The notes under the pieces were generated by a model. The model saw nothing but the letters and a program-made list of their open reading frames with translations. It had not been told where the DNA came from and did not search any database. Both the position numbers and the translations under genes were made by a program. A DNA stretch of 64,000 bases from the NCBI RefSeq assembly GCF_009914755.1, contig NC_060947.1. One strand, 5' to 3'. The DNA is from the human T2T-CHM13v2.0 reference genome, Homo sapiens. This document shows, piece by piece, positions 15,620-29,726 of this stretch. Numbering within the stretch: position 1 is the stretch's first letter; each line of letters starts with the position of its first letter.

Positions 15620-18600
15620 TTTTTGTTTTGTCTTTTTAATTTTTAATTTTGTTGTTTTTAAATTTTTTATTTCCATAGTTTTTAGGGGAACAGGTGGTAT
15701 TTGGTTACATGAGTAAGTTCTTTAGTGGTGATTTGTGAGATTTCGGTGCATCCATCACCTGAGCAGTATACACTGAACCCAATTTGTTGTCTTTTATCCC
15801 TCACCTCCTTCCCACCCTTTCCCCTCGAGTCTCCAAACTCCATTGTGTCATTCCTATGTCTTTCATAGCTTAGCTCCCACTTATGAGTGAAAGCATACGA
15901 TATTTGTTTTTCCATTTCTGAGTTACTTCCCTTAGAATAATAGTCTCCAATCCTATCCAGGTTGCTGCAAATGCCATTAATTTATTTTTTTATGGTTGAG
16001 TAGTATTTCATTGTATATATACATATACATACATATATGTGTATATGTGTGTATATACGTGTGTGGGTATATATATATATATATATATCTCAGGATCTCT
16101 TTATCCACTCGTTAATTGATAGGCATTTGGGTTGGTTCCACATTTTTGCAATTGCGAATTGTGCTGCTATAAACATGCATGTGCAAGTCACTTTTTGGTA
16201 AAACTTCATTTTTCTGGGTAGATACTCAGTAGTAGGATTGCTGGATCAAAGGGTAGTACTACTTTTAGTTCTCTAAGGGATCTCCAAGTGTAGAAGTGTT
16301 TCCTGTTCACCACATCCACGCCAACATCTATGATTTTTTGATTTTTTGATTATGGCGATTCTTGCAGGAGCAAGGTAGTATCACATTGTGGTTTTGATTT
16401 GCATTTCCCTGATGATTAGTGATGTTGAGCATTTTTTCGTATGTTTGTTGGCCATTTGTGTATCTTCTTTTGAGAGTTGTCTATTCATGTCCTTAGCTCA
16501 CTTTTTGATATGGGATTGCTTGTTTTTTTCTTGCTGATTTGAGTTCTTTGTAGATTCTGGATATTAGTTCTTAGTCAGATGTATAGATTGTGAAGATTTT
16601 CTCCCACTCTGTGGGTTGTCTGTTTACTCTGCTGACTGTTCCTTTGCTGTGCAAAAGCTTGTTAGTTTAATTAAGTTCCAGGTATTTATCTTTGTTTTTA
16701 TTGCATTTGCATTTGGGTTCTTGGTCATGAAATTCTTGCCTAAGCCAATGTTTAGGAGGGTTTTTCCGATGTTATCTTCTAGAATTGTTAGTTTCAGGTC
16801 TTAGATTTAAGTCTTTGATCCATCTTGAGTTCATTTTTGCATAAGGTGAGATATGAGTATCCAGTTTTATTCTCCTACATGTGGCTAGTCAATTATCCCA
16901 GCACCATTTGTCAAATAGGGTGCCCTTTCCCCACTTTATGTTTTTGTTTGCTTTGTCAGAAACCAGTTGGCTGTAAGTATTAAGATTTATTTCTGGTTTC
17001 TCTATTCTGTTTCATTGGTCTATGTGCCTATTTTTATACATGTAACATGCTGTTTTGGTTATGATGTCCTTCTAATATTGTTTGAAATCAGGTAATGTGA
17101 TGTCTCCAGATTTGTTCTTTTTGCTTAGTCTTGCTTTGGCTATGTGGGCTCTTTTTACTTTCTTTTTTTTTTTTTTTTTTTTTGGTTTATATGAATTTTA
17201 TGATTTTTTTTATAGTTCCATGAAGAATGATAGTGGAATTTGATGGGTATGGCATTGAATTTGTAGATTGCTTTCGGCAGTCTGGTCATTTTCACAATAT
17301 TGATTCTACCCACCCATGAGCATGGGATGTGTTTCTATTCGTTTGCATCATCTATGATTTCTTTCAGCAGTGTATTGTAGTTTTCCTTGTAGAGGCCTTT
17401 CATCTCCTTGGTAAGGTATATTCCTAAGTATTTTCTTATTTGCAGCTTTTGTAAAAGGAGGTGAGTTATTGATTTGATTTTCAGTTTGGTTCCTGTGGTG
17501 TAAAAGAGAGCTACTGATTTGTATACATTAATCTTATATCCAGAAACTTTGCAGAGTTATTTTATCAGTTCTAGGAGATTTTTGGAGGAGTCTAGGGTTT
17601 TCTAGGTATACAGTCACATCAACAACAAATGGCAATAGTTTGATCTCCTCCTTACTGATTTGCATGCCCTTGATTTCTTTATCTTGCCTGATTGCTCTGG
17701 CTAGGACTCCCAGTACTATGTTGAACAGAAATCGTGAAAGTGGGAATCCTTGTCTTGTTCCAGTTCTTAGAGGGAATGCTTTCAACTTTTTTTCCCATTC
17801 AGTATTATGTTGGCTGTGGGTTTGTCATAGATGGCTTTTATTGCATTGAAGTATGTGCCTTGTATGCCAATGTTTCTGAGAGTTATAATCATAAAAAAAT
17901 GCTGGATTTTGTCAAGTGCTTTATTTGCATCTATTGAGATGATCATGTGATTTTGTTTTTAATTTCGTCTACGTGGTGTATCACATTTCTTGGCTTGCAT
18001 CTGTTAAACTATCCTTGCATCCCTGTTATGAAACTCATTTGATCATGGTGAATTATCTTTTTGATATGTTGTTGGATTTGGTTAGCTAGTATTTTGTTAA
18101 GGATTTTTGCATCTATGTTCATCAGGGATAGTGGTCTGTAGTTTCCTTTTTTTGGCTATGCCTTTTCTTGGTTTTGGTATTATGGTAATACTGGCTTAAT
18201 AGAATGATTTAGGCAGCAGTCCCTCTTTCTCTATCTTGTGGAATAGTGTCAATAGAATTGGTACCAATTTTTCTTTGAATGTCTGGTAGAATTCAGCTGT
18301 GAATCCTTCTGGTCCTGGACTTTTTTGTTGGTATTTTTTTTTTATTTCCATTTCAATCTCGCTGCTTTTTACTGGTCTGTTCAGAGTATCTAATTCTTTC
18401 TGATTTAAACTAGGATGGTTGAATTTTTCCAGAAATTTATTCATCTCTTTTAGATTTTCTAGTTTATGTGTGTAAAGGTGTTCACAGTTGCCTTGAATGC
18501 TCTTTTTTTATTTCAGTGGTGTCAGTTGTAATATCTCCTTTTTCATTTTGAATTGAGCTTATTTGAATTCTCTCTCTTTTTTTCTTGATTAAGCCATCAA

Positions 18601-21020
18601 TTGTATTTATCTTTTCAAAGAACCAGCTTTTTGTTTCATTTATCTATTGTATTTTTTGTTGTTGTTGTTGTCTCAGTTTTATTTAGGTCTTCTCTGATTT
18701 GGGTTATTTCCTTTCTTCTGCTGTGTTTGGGTTTGGTTTGTTCTTGTTTCTCTAGTTCCTTGAGGTATGACCTTAGATTGTCTATTTGTGCTTTTTCAGA
18801 CTTATAGAGGCAGGCATTTAGGGCTATGAACTTCCCTCTTAGCACTGCCTTTGCTGTATCCCAGAGGTTTCGATAGGTTGTATCACTCTTGTCATTCAGT
18901 TTGAATTTTTTTTTAATTTCCATACTTATTTCATTGTTGACCCAGTGATCATTTGGGAGCAGGTTATTTGATTTCCATATATTTGTATTTTGAAGATTCC
19001 TTTTAGAGTTGATTTCTAATTATATCCCATTGTGATCTGAGAGAGTACTTTATATAATTTTAATTTTCTTAAATTTACTGAGACTTGTTTTGTGGCCTAT
19101 CATATGGTCTATCTTGGAGAATGTTCCATGCACTGAGTACTAGAACGTATATTCTGCAGTTGTTGGGTAAAATGTTCTGTGAATATCTGTTAAGTCCATT
19201 TGTTCTAGGGTGTAGTTTAAATTCATTGTTTCTTTGTTGGCTTTCTGTCTTGATGACCTGTGTAGTGCTTCCAGTGGCATATTGAAGTTCTGCACTATTA
19301 TTCTGTTGTTATCTATCCTATTTCTTAGATTTATTAGTAATTGTTTTATAAATTTGGGAGCTCCAGTGTTAGGTGCATATGTATTTAGAACTGTAGTATT
19401 TTTCAATCAGACAAGCCCTTTTATCATTATATAATGTCGCTCTGTCTTTCTTAACTGATGTTGCTTTAAAGTTTGTTTTGTCTGATATAAGAATAGCTAC
19501 TCCTGCTTTCTTTTGGTGTCCATTTGCATAGAATGTCTTTTTCCACCCCTTTATCTTAAGTTTATGGGAGTCCTTATGTGTTAAGTGAGTCTCTTGAAAG
19601 CAGCAGATAGTTGGTTGCTGAATTCTTATCCATTCTGCCATTCTTTATCTTTTAAGTGGAGCATTTAGGCCATTTACATTCAACATTAGTTTTGAGATAT
19701 GAGGTACTATTTTATTCATTGTGCTATTTGTTTCTTTCCTGTATACCTTTTATTGAATTGTATTTTTGTTTTATAGGTCCTGTGAGGTTTATGCTTTAAA
19801 GAGGTTTGTTTGGATGCGTTTCTAGGATGTGTTTCAAGATTTAGAGCTCCTTTTAGCAGTTCTTATAGTGCTGGCTTCATAGTGACAAATTCTCTCAGCA
19901 TTTGTTTTTCCAAAAAAGACTGTATCTTTTGTTCATATATGAAGGTTAGTTGTGCTCGATACAAAATTCTTGGCTGACAATTTGTTTTGTCTTCCTGATT
20001 TGATTTCTCTTCTTCTTAAGGAACAAAATTATTTTTAGGTTTGGCCATTTAGCATAATCCCAAACTTCTTGGAGGCTTTGTTTATTTTTTCTTATTCTTT
20101 TTTCTTTGTCTTTGTTGAATTGGGTTAATTCAGAAACCTTGTCTTTGAGCTCCATACTCTTTTCTTCTGCTTTTTTGATTCTATTGCTGAGACTTTTCAC
20201 ATCATTTTGCATTTCTGTAGGTGCATCCATTATTTCCTGTGGTTTCAATTGCTTTTTATTTATGCTATCTATTTTACTGAAGATTTCTGCCCTCATTTCT
20301 TACATCATTTTTTTTGATTTCCTGAAATTGGTCTTTGCCATTCTCTGGTGCCTTCTTGATTAGCTTAATAAATGACTTTATGATTTCTTTTTCAGACAAA
20401 TTAGGAATTTATTCTTGGTTTGGATTCATGCTAGGTAACTAGGGTAATTTTGGGGGGGGGGGTTAAAGAACCTTGTTTTATTATATTACCAGAATTGTTT
20501 TCCTGGTTCCTTCTCATTTGGGTAGGCTATATGAGAGGGAGAGTTCAGGGTTCAAGTCTACTGTTCAGACTTTTTTGTCACACAGGATGTTCTCTTGATA
20601 TAGTACCCTCCCCGTATTGCTGGGGATGTGGCTTCCTGAGAGCTGAGCTGTAGTGATTGTTATCTCTCTTCTGGATCTAGCCACCCAGCAAGTCTACCAG
20701 GTTCTGGGCTGGCACTGGGGGTTGTCTTCACAGAGTCCTTTGATGTGAACCATCTGCAGGTCTCTCAGCCATGGGTACTAGTACCTGCTCCAGTGGAAGT
20801 GGCAGGGGATTAAAATGGACTCTGTGAGGGTCCTTAGTTTGGGTTGTTTGATGCACTATTTTAGTGCTGGTTGGCCTCCTGCCAGGAGGTGGTGCTTTGA
20901 AGAGAGCATCAGCTGTGGTAGTATAAGGAGGATCGGGAAGTGAGTGGAGCCCCAGAACTCCTAAGAGCATATGCCCTTCATCTTCAGCTACCAGGGTGTG
21001 TAGGAAAGGAACTACATAAG
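15620..21020 (-). mobile_element. L1PB (PB1-like), ~5.4 kb, with internal deletions and partial 5' UTR
   Basis: L1PB 3' UTR; ORF2 remnants on minus strand (endonuclease CCFQETHLT in 19369-19641); ORF1 remnant 19946-20296; deletions near 16286 and 19990. Confidence 0.9.
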
Positions 21021-21081
21021 TGCAGAAGAGAAAGCAAAGTGGATATGCAAGCAGGTAACTAGGGTATTCTGGCACAAGGGT

Positions 21082-21453
21082 TGTCTTATTTCATTTTATA
21101 TTGCTATAACCAAATACCACAAATTAGGTAATTTATGAAGAATAGATATGTATTTAGTTCAAAGTTCTGAATCCTGGAAAGTCCAAGAGCATGGTGCCCA
21201 CATCTGTTCAGCATCTGGTGAGGGCCTTTTTGCTGCACCATTACATGGTGGAGGGCATCACACAATGAGAGGGTAAGAGTATGGTGTCAGCTCAGGGTTC
21301 TTTTCCTTTTTTTATAATGCCATATGGGGTCCCACCATGATAACTCTATCTAATTCTAATTACCTCCCAAAGACCCCACCTTCAATCAATATGTGGACTT
21401 GGGGACCAAGCCTTCATCACATGAAATTTGGGGCACATGTTTAAACCATAGCA
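21082..21453 (-). mobile_element. MaLR solo LTR (MSTC/MSTD-like)
   Basis: tgtcttatttcattt...aaaccatagca termini; internal ggaaagtccaagagcatggtgcc. Confidence 0.8.
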
Positions 21454-21879
21454 GAGGTTAGGAAATACACAGCCCTTCTTATCCCCTTGATCTTCCATTC
21501 TCATGCTAGAGGCTAAGCAATTGCACTTAAGATAAGAAGCTCTTGGACAAGAAAAATGTCAGAGGAAAGAGGCAGAAGGTTTTCAGAGTGGCATAATAGA
21601 AACTAGAGGGAAGGAAACTAAGTATGTTATAGCCCATATTATAGCAATAAGCTTTCTCTGAAATCTCTAACTTGAGGCACATTATTAATCTCCCCCTTTT
21701 CTCCATCCACGGTGGAGTGTACCTAACTACAACTAAAGAAGTATAACAAAATGAATATATATAAGAAAAAGCAGAATTGATAGTGAATATATAACAGAAA
21801 AACTAAAATTAGTAGACCATAGATCACAGTAACTTAAGAAGTTACAATAAATATTTCCAGAAAAGTAAAACAGAATTAT

Positions 21880-22437
21880 ATTTTTTACTTGCTTAAAAAT
21901 AATTTCAATAGCTTTAGTGGTATTAATAAAAGTAGTTTTTGGTTACAGGAATACATTGTGCAGTAGAGAAATCTGGCACGAAGTGTACTCATCACATGAA
22001 TAGTGTATATGTAGCCAATAGGTAATTGTTCATCCCTCATCCCCCATCCTCCCCATTCTGAGTCTTTAATATTTATTATTAAGTCTTTGTATACCATTGT
22101 GTACTCATGGCTTAGCCCCCACTTATAAGTGAGAACATGCAGTGTTTGGTTTTCTGTTCCTAAGTTCCATCCAAGTTGCTGCAAAATACATTATTTTATT
22201 TTGTCCTATGGCTGAGTTGTATTTTGTAGTATATGTATATCACATTTTCTTTATCCACTCATCGACTGATGGGCACTGAAATTGACTCCATAACGTTGCA
22301 ATTGTAAATTGTACTGTGATAAACATACACATGCAGGTGTCCTTTATATATAATGATTTCTTTTCCTTTGGGTAGATACCCAGTGGTGCCATTGCTAGAT
22401 TGAACGGTAGATCTACTTTTAGTTCTTTGAGAAATCT
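21880..22437 (-). mobile_element. L1PB4-like truncated 3' end
   Basis: L1PB-type 3' UTR; decayed TSD gtaaaacagaat (~21865) / gtaagacagaat (22438). Confidence 0.8.
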
Positions 22438-22910
22438 GTAAGACAGAATATTGGAAAATGAAGAAGAGACAATGCCAATAAAGAACAAACTGGGTCTAAA
22501 AATATGATATTGCAAGTAAATTCAATAGAAGGGTTAAATAGCAGAATTAATACAGCTGGAAAAGAAAGAAAGAAATACTGATTTGCCGGATTAGGATAAG
22601 GAACTCTTCAGAAGGCATCAGGAAGAGATGGAAAATATAAAGGAAATGTTAAAAGGCATGGGAAATAGAAGTACACGTATTTTTATTAGTATAATAATGA
22701 TCACGAAGGGAGATAATTTCAAAGAGTAAAGGAAATAAGCGAAAAAAATGTAAAATCTCAGATTAAAAATATTTAGTGTACCGAAAGAGCAGATCTAAAA
22801 ATTACACTTAATACTTAAATAGGTAGATAAATTGAAAATATAAGACAAAGAAAAAAATCTAAAAGCTTCTGGAGGACTAGATTATTTACAAAAAAGTAAA
22901 CAATCATGTG
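22438..22910 (+). mobile_element. Ancient HAL1/L1ME ORF1-like fragment (also extends left of 21880)
   Basis: A-rich ORF1-like motifs aattcaatagaagggttaaatagcagaattaatacagctg. Confidence 0.5.
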
Positions 22911-22916
22911 GCTATG

Positions 22917-22963
22917 ACACACACACACACACACGCACACACACACATAAAGCACACACACAT
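22917..22963. repeat. (CA)n microsatellite, imperfect
   Basis: AC run with interruptions. Confidence 0.9.
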
Positions 22964-23019
22964 ATAAACAAGACTCCCTCTCACTACCCCTCTTTCTCTT
23001 TCTCTCTCTCTATATATAC

Positions 23020-23399
23020 TGTTATTCCATTTTGCATTGCTATAAAGAAATATCTGAAACTGGGTAATTTATTTAAAAAAAGGTTTATTTGCCTTACAGT
23101 TCTGCAGGCTGTAAAAGAGTCATGGTGTCAGCATCTTCATCTGGTGAGGTGAGGACCTCAGGCTGCTTCCACTCATGGCAGAAGTCAAAGAGGAAGCAAG
23201 AAAGAAAAGAGAGAAGGTTCCAGGCATTTCAACCAACCAGATCTCAAACGAACTCATTATCACGGGGAGGGCACCAACGTATTCATAAGAAATCCACCCC
23301 CGTGGTCGACACACATCCCACCAAAGCCTCACCTCCAAAATTGGAGATCACATTTCAGCATCAGATTTTGGAGATGGGACACACATCCAAACTATATTT
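23020..23399 (-). mobile_element. MaLR solo LTR (MSTB-like)
   Basis: tgttattccattttgcattgctataaag...acacatccaaactatat; cagttctgcaggctgt and ctgcttccactcatggcagaag motifs. Confidence 0.8.
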
Positions 23400-23715
23400 T
23401 TAATATATATACATAAATACACAAACATATAATATAGATATAATATATAATTAATATATTATACATATTATATATAATAATATAGCTATATATTAGCTCA
23501 ACATCCCTCCCAATTATTTCTTGTTTTCTTCAAAAACTTTTTTGTTGTATTATATATAATAACATAGTTATATCTATATTACTATATGAGTTATATAGTA
23601 TATAATAGAAATTATATTATATATTATACATATTATTATATAGGATGCATGCATAGTATATTAACTATATAATATATATTATATATACATGATATCCATG
23701 GACATATATTAAACA
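23400..23715. repeat. AT-rich (TA)n-like low-complexity tract with an embedded non-repetitive island
   Basis: Degenerate TA repeats; island at 23494-23550 is a copy of sequence at 24316-24394. Confidence 0.85.
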
Positions 23716-24393
23716 CATAAAAGTGCTTATGTGCCAATATGAGGGCACTTGGAGTGAGATTATGAAAGGAACCTCGAATGAATGAATAAAGAAATAGGTA
23801 CAAACAAAAGTACACAGAATGTATATTGTTGAAAGAAAAATCAGAGTTTTAGTATATAAAATAAAGATAGAGATAATTATGGCACTCTACTAATTTCTTT
23901 ACTTAATATTTGGAGATACTAACTTAACCACCACGATTCCATGGAGAAAGATATTTGCTCAAACTGACATCAAAATACTTACTCTGGAAGATTTTTAACC
24001 TAGTGTTGGGATCTCCATCCCATTTCACACCAAATTAGAACTCCTTTAAGATCCTGAGGGCTAAGTGAGAATCTCAGCTCATTATAACATATATGTATAT
24101 TAGGCCCACGGGTTATAAGATCCTAGGTTGTTTAGTTCAATTACTGTCCTTGTGCATCTCTTGGTACTCTCCTGTTACTTCTGCTTCAGGTTCAACACCT
24201 AGTCCAGGGTTCTGATTCCTGGTTTTGTTTTTCAGCTCAGCCCAGCTAAGTTTGTTTCTCATCTAAGATGCTGTTTTTAGTTCCTGAAAACATCCTTCCC
24301 AATCTCTTGAGCATATAGCTCAACATCCCTCCCAATCTTTTTAGCATTACTGGTAATCCAGATAACTGGTATTCTTTAAAAAATTTTATTGTT

Positions 24394-26760
24394 GGATAAG
24401 CTTTTCTTCCCACCATGATCAAGTCATCTTCATCCCTGGGATGCAAGGCTGGTTCAACACATACAAATCAATAAATGTGATCCATCATATAAACAGAACC
24501 AATGACAAAAACCACATGATTAACTCAATAGATGCAGAAAAGGCCTTTGATAAAATTCACCACCGCTTCATGCTCTCAATAAACTACGAATTGATTGAAC
24601 GTATCTCACAATAATAAGAGCTATTTATGACAAACCAACAGCCAATAGCATACTGAATGGACAAAAGCTGGAAGCATACCCTTTGAAAGCCGGTACAAGA
24701 CAAGGATGGCCTCTCTCACCACTCCTATTCAACATAATATTGTAAGTTCTGGCCAGGGCAATCAGACAAGAGAAAGAAATAAAGGGTATTCAAATAGAAA
24801 AAAAGAGGAAGTCAAATTGTCTCTGCTTTCAGATGACATGACTGTATACATCTCAGCCAAAAATCTCCTTAAGCTAATAAGCAATTTCGGCAATGTCTCG
24901 GGATACAAAATCAATGTGCAAAAATCGCAAGCATCCCTAAACACCAACAATAGACCATCAGAGAGCCAAATCATGAGTGAACTCCCATTCACAATTGTTA
25001 CAAAGAGAATAAAATACCTAGGAATACAACTTACAAGGAATATGAAGGACCTCTTCAAGGAGAACTACAAATCACTGCTCAAAGAAATAAGAGAGGACAC
25101 AAACAAATGGAAAAACATTCCATGCTCACAGATAGGAAGAATCAATATTGTGAAAATGGCTATACTACCCAAAGTAATTTATAGATTCAATGCTATCCCC
25201 ATCAAGCCACCTTTGACTTTCTTCACAGAATTAGAAAAAAATACTTTAAATTTCATATGGAACCAAAAAAGAGCCCGTATATCCAAGACGATTCTAAGCA
25301 AAAAGAACAAAGCTGGAGGCATCATGCTACCTGACTTCAAACTATACTACAAGGCTACAGTAACCAAAACAGCATGGTACTGGTACCAAAACAGATATAT
25401 AGAACAATGGAACAGAACAGAGGCCTCAGAAATAATGCCACACATCTACAACCATCTGATCTTGGACAAACCTGACAAAAACAAGCAATGGGGAAAGGAT
25501 TCCCAATTTAATAAGTGATATTGGGAAAACTGGCTAGCCATATGCAGAAAACTGAAACTGGACCCCTTCCTTACATCTTATAGAAAAATTAACTCAGGAT
25601 GGATTAAAGACTTAAACGTAAGACCTAAAACCATAAAAACCCTGGAAGGAAACCTAGGCAATACCTTTCAGGACATAGGCATGGGCAAAGACTTCATGAC
25701 TAAAACACCAAAAGCAATGGCAATAAAAGCCAAAATTGACAAATGGGATCTAATTAAACCAAAGATCTTCTGCACAGCAAAAGAAACTATCATCCGATTG
25801 AACAGGCAACCTACAGAATTGGAGGAAATTTTTGCAGGCTATCCATCTGACAAAGGTCTAATATGCAGAATCTACAAGGAACTTCAACAAATTTATAAGG
25901 AAAAACAAACAACCCCATCAAAAAGTAGGCAAAGGATAAGAACAGACACTTCTCAAAAGAAGACATTTATGCAGCCAACAAACATGGAAAAAATACTGAT
26001 CATAACTGGTCATTGGAGAATTGCAAATCAAAACCACAATGAGATACCATCTCATGCCAGTTAGAATGGTGATCATTAAAAAGTCAGGAAACAGCAGATG
26101 CTGGAGAGGATGTGGAGAAATAGGAACACTTTTACACTGTTGGTGGGGGTGTAAATTAGTTCAACCATTGTGGAAGACAATGTGGCGATTCCTCAAGGAT
26201 CTAGAACCAGAAATGCCATTTGACCCGGCAATCCCATTACTGGGCATATACCCAAAGGATTATAAATATTCTACTATAAAGACTCATGCATACGTATGTT
26301 TATTGCAGTACTATTCACAATAGCAAAGGCTTGGAACCAACCCAAATGCCCATCAATGATAGACTGGATAAAGAAAACATGGCACATGTACACCATGGAA
26401 TACTATGCAGCCATAAAAAAGATGAGTTCATGTCCTTTGCAGAGACACGGATGAAGCTGGAAACCATCATTCTCAGCAAACTAACACAGGAACAGAAAAC
26501 CAAACACCACATGTTCTCACTCACAAGTGGGAGTTGAGCAATGAGAACACATTGACATGGGGAGGGGAACATCACACACCGAGGCCTGTCAGGGGTTGGG
26601 GGGCTAGGGGAGGAATAGCATTAGGAGAAATACCTAATGTAGATAAGGGTTGATGAGTGCAGCAAACCACAATGGCACGTGTATACCTATGTAACAAACC
26701 TGCACGTTCTGCAAATGTATCCCAGAACTTAACATAATATAAAAAAAATTTAAAAAGTTA
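24394..26760 (+). mobile_element. L1PA7-like, 5'-truncated (~2.35 kb) with tiny 5' inversion
   Basis: ORF2 RT/C-terminal remnants (24706-25518, 26021-26323); L1PA7-type 3' UTR; TSD aaaaaattttattgttg (24378-24394) / aaaaacttttattgttg (26762-26778). Confidence 0.92.
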
Positions 26761-27042
26761 AAAAAACTTTTATTGTTGCTATACACTAAATCCAGCTTAC
26801 TCCCAACTAATTTAATAAGATCCAATAATAAGTTTTAAATATATAATAGTCTTATATTTAAGTTCGTATACGAAATATAGAAGGGAGAGAGGACATCATA
26901 ACAAAGCTCTTATTACTAAATCTGAATATCAAAATCAGAGACCATAGAATCAAGCTTAAAACACATAAGATGATTTTAAAATAGTCAAAAGTCAATTTTG
27001 AAAGAAAACTTTTCTAATGTTTATAAATCTCTATTTGGATAA

Positions 27043-27798
<756 letters not shown>

Positions 27799-28644
27799 GA
27801 TATTAATATTAACAATTTTAAGTATTATTATTTGGGTCTAAGATCCACTCTTAACAACTTTTTAATTCTTTTTCACTGAATTACTATTTAATAACAGACA
27901 AGTTTTGTATATTTACATCATTAAGTGATTCTATATTTGAAGGCATATTTTCCAGATAAATAGTGTATCATTGTTTTAAATAAATATGCTACAGAAAAAT
28001 TATTATGTATAGCTAAAGTAACCCTCTCAGAATTATCTTATGCTTAAAATGACATACTGTATTATTTTTATGTCTCAACTAAATTCTAAGGGTGTTACTT
28101 ATATAGACTATACTTATGTAGTATACCCATATGTTTGAGAAAATTGTTTGTTTTTTTCAAGTTCTAAATATATCTACACCCATTCAAATTATTATAGAGC
28201 TGTAATTGTTGGAAAGTTCTAATACCAAGCCCAAATCTATCCTGTTGCAATTATCATCCACTTCTTCTACTTCTGCTTTCTTAACTATATGAATAAATCT
28301 AATGCCTCTTTTACAGAAGAATCTTTGAAATACTTGACTGTAATTTTCATGTCTTTTCAGATTTTCTTTGCCAAGCAAATCATTCCTACAGTTTATTTAA
28401 TTAATCTTCCTTTGATATGTACCTGAGCTGATGAGCAAAAGGTGTAAGGCTATTCTCACTGTTTTGTTCCAAGGGTTACATATCATGCTAATGCAGACCA
28501 TGACAACACTTGTTCTCCTTGCCCCAGCCATTATGTAATAAGTTGACTCCAATTGGCCAGGCTTATTAAATAAAATGGCTTTTCCATTGGAATGACTATT
28601 AATATAATTTGCCATGTGCAAATTAATATAATTTGCACAATTCC

Positions 28645-28800
28645 TTTTCTAAACTAAATGCAGAACTTTACATATACTCCTATTTGATTTCATCTTATGA
28701 TCTTCATTCTAGAATTAAGGTTCTATAGAATTTTGATTATTTTATTTTTCCAAATATGATGGCATCCCTATATTTAAAAAGATTGACCTTTAAATTTTTA
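28645..28800 (-). mobile_element. Possible CR1/L3 LINE remnant
   Basis: aaatgcagaactttacatatactcctatttgatttcatctt resembles the antisense CR1 RT motif as I recall it; short and diverged. Confidence 0.4.
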
Positions 28801-28916
28801 CTCAAGTACACTATTTTAAAATGGTGAGTGAAACGGAATCAAGGACAAAGTACTTTGAAAAATCACTAGAAAAATTACTCCACATTGAAATTTATCTATT
28901 AATGAATGCTCTGTGG

Positions 28917-29106
28917 CAGAGCTTCTTGGCCTGGACTGAACATTAGAATCACCTGAAGAGCTTTTAAAAACAATTAATGCCCAAACAAGGGACTCACTAC
29001 AAACCAATTAAATGAGAACCTCTGGGGGTAGAGCACGGGCTTTGGTAATTTTTGCTTCAAATTATCCCAGATGATTTTAATGTGCAGCGTAGGTTGAGAT
29101 AAACTG
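28917..29106. mobile_element. MER5A (hAT-Charlie MITE)
   Basis: cag...acattagaatcacctgaagagcttttaaaa...gatgattttaatgtgcagc...ggttgagataaactg. Confidence 0.85.
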
Positions 29107-29345
29107 ATCTAGTTAATTTTGTTTAGTACTTCCCCCCACCCCATTTTTGAAAATATTATAAAGGACAAATATTTATTTCATTTTATTTGTAAGAGCATGT
29201 TTAAAGAACTAGACATGACAAAAGAAAGTAAATGGTTTAAAATATGTGCATAATTTTTATTGCATTTATATATAAAGTCAATACTTATTTACATAATCTT
29301 AAAGATTGGGGGAGCTTTCCTTTTTATCGAAATAGGCACTATATG

Positions 29346-29696
29346 CAGATACTTTTGGACATAAAATAATGTTACATCTCAATAAACCCATTGTAAGTTG
29401 AAAGTGTCATAAGTCATAAATGAATTTAATGCACCTAACTTACTGAACAGCGTAGCTTAGTCTAGCTCACCTAAAATGTCCTAACATTTACATTAGCCTA
29501 CAACTGGTAAAAATCATTTAACACAAAGCTTATTTTATAATAAAATGTTAAATATCTTATGTATTTATTAAATATGTACTAAAAGTGAAAAATAATGGTT
29601 TTGTGAGTACTTGAAGTACAGTCTCAATGCATCACTTTTGCAACATAATAAAATCAAAATAATATGTTATACTATTGTAATTCAGAAACTGTTTTG
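29346..29696. mobile_element. MER47A (TcMar-Tigger MITE)
   Basis: cagat...aataaacccattgtaagttgaaa...agcttagtctagc...cattagcctaca...ttttataataaaatgtt. Confidence 0.85.
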
Positions 29697-29726
29697 TGTA
29701 CACGTACACACACACAAACACACACA

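Noticed and set aside
24706-25518. Longest ORF (270 aa) as a gene
   Set aside because: Frameshifted fragment of L1 ORF2 ([11 protein letters not shown] motif) in a 5'-truncated copy with no promoter
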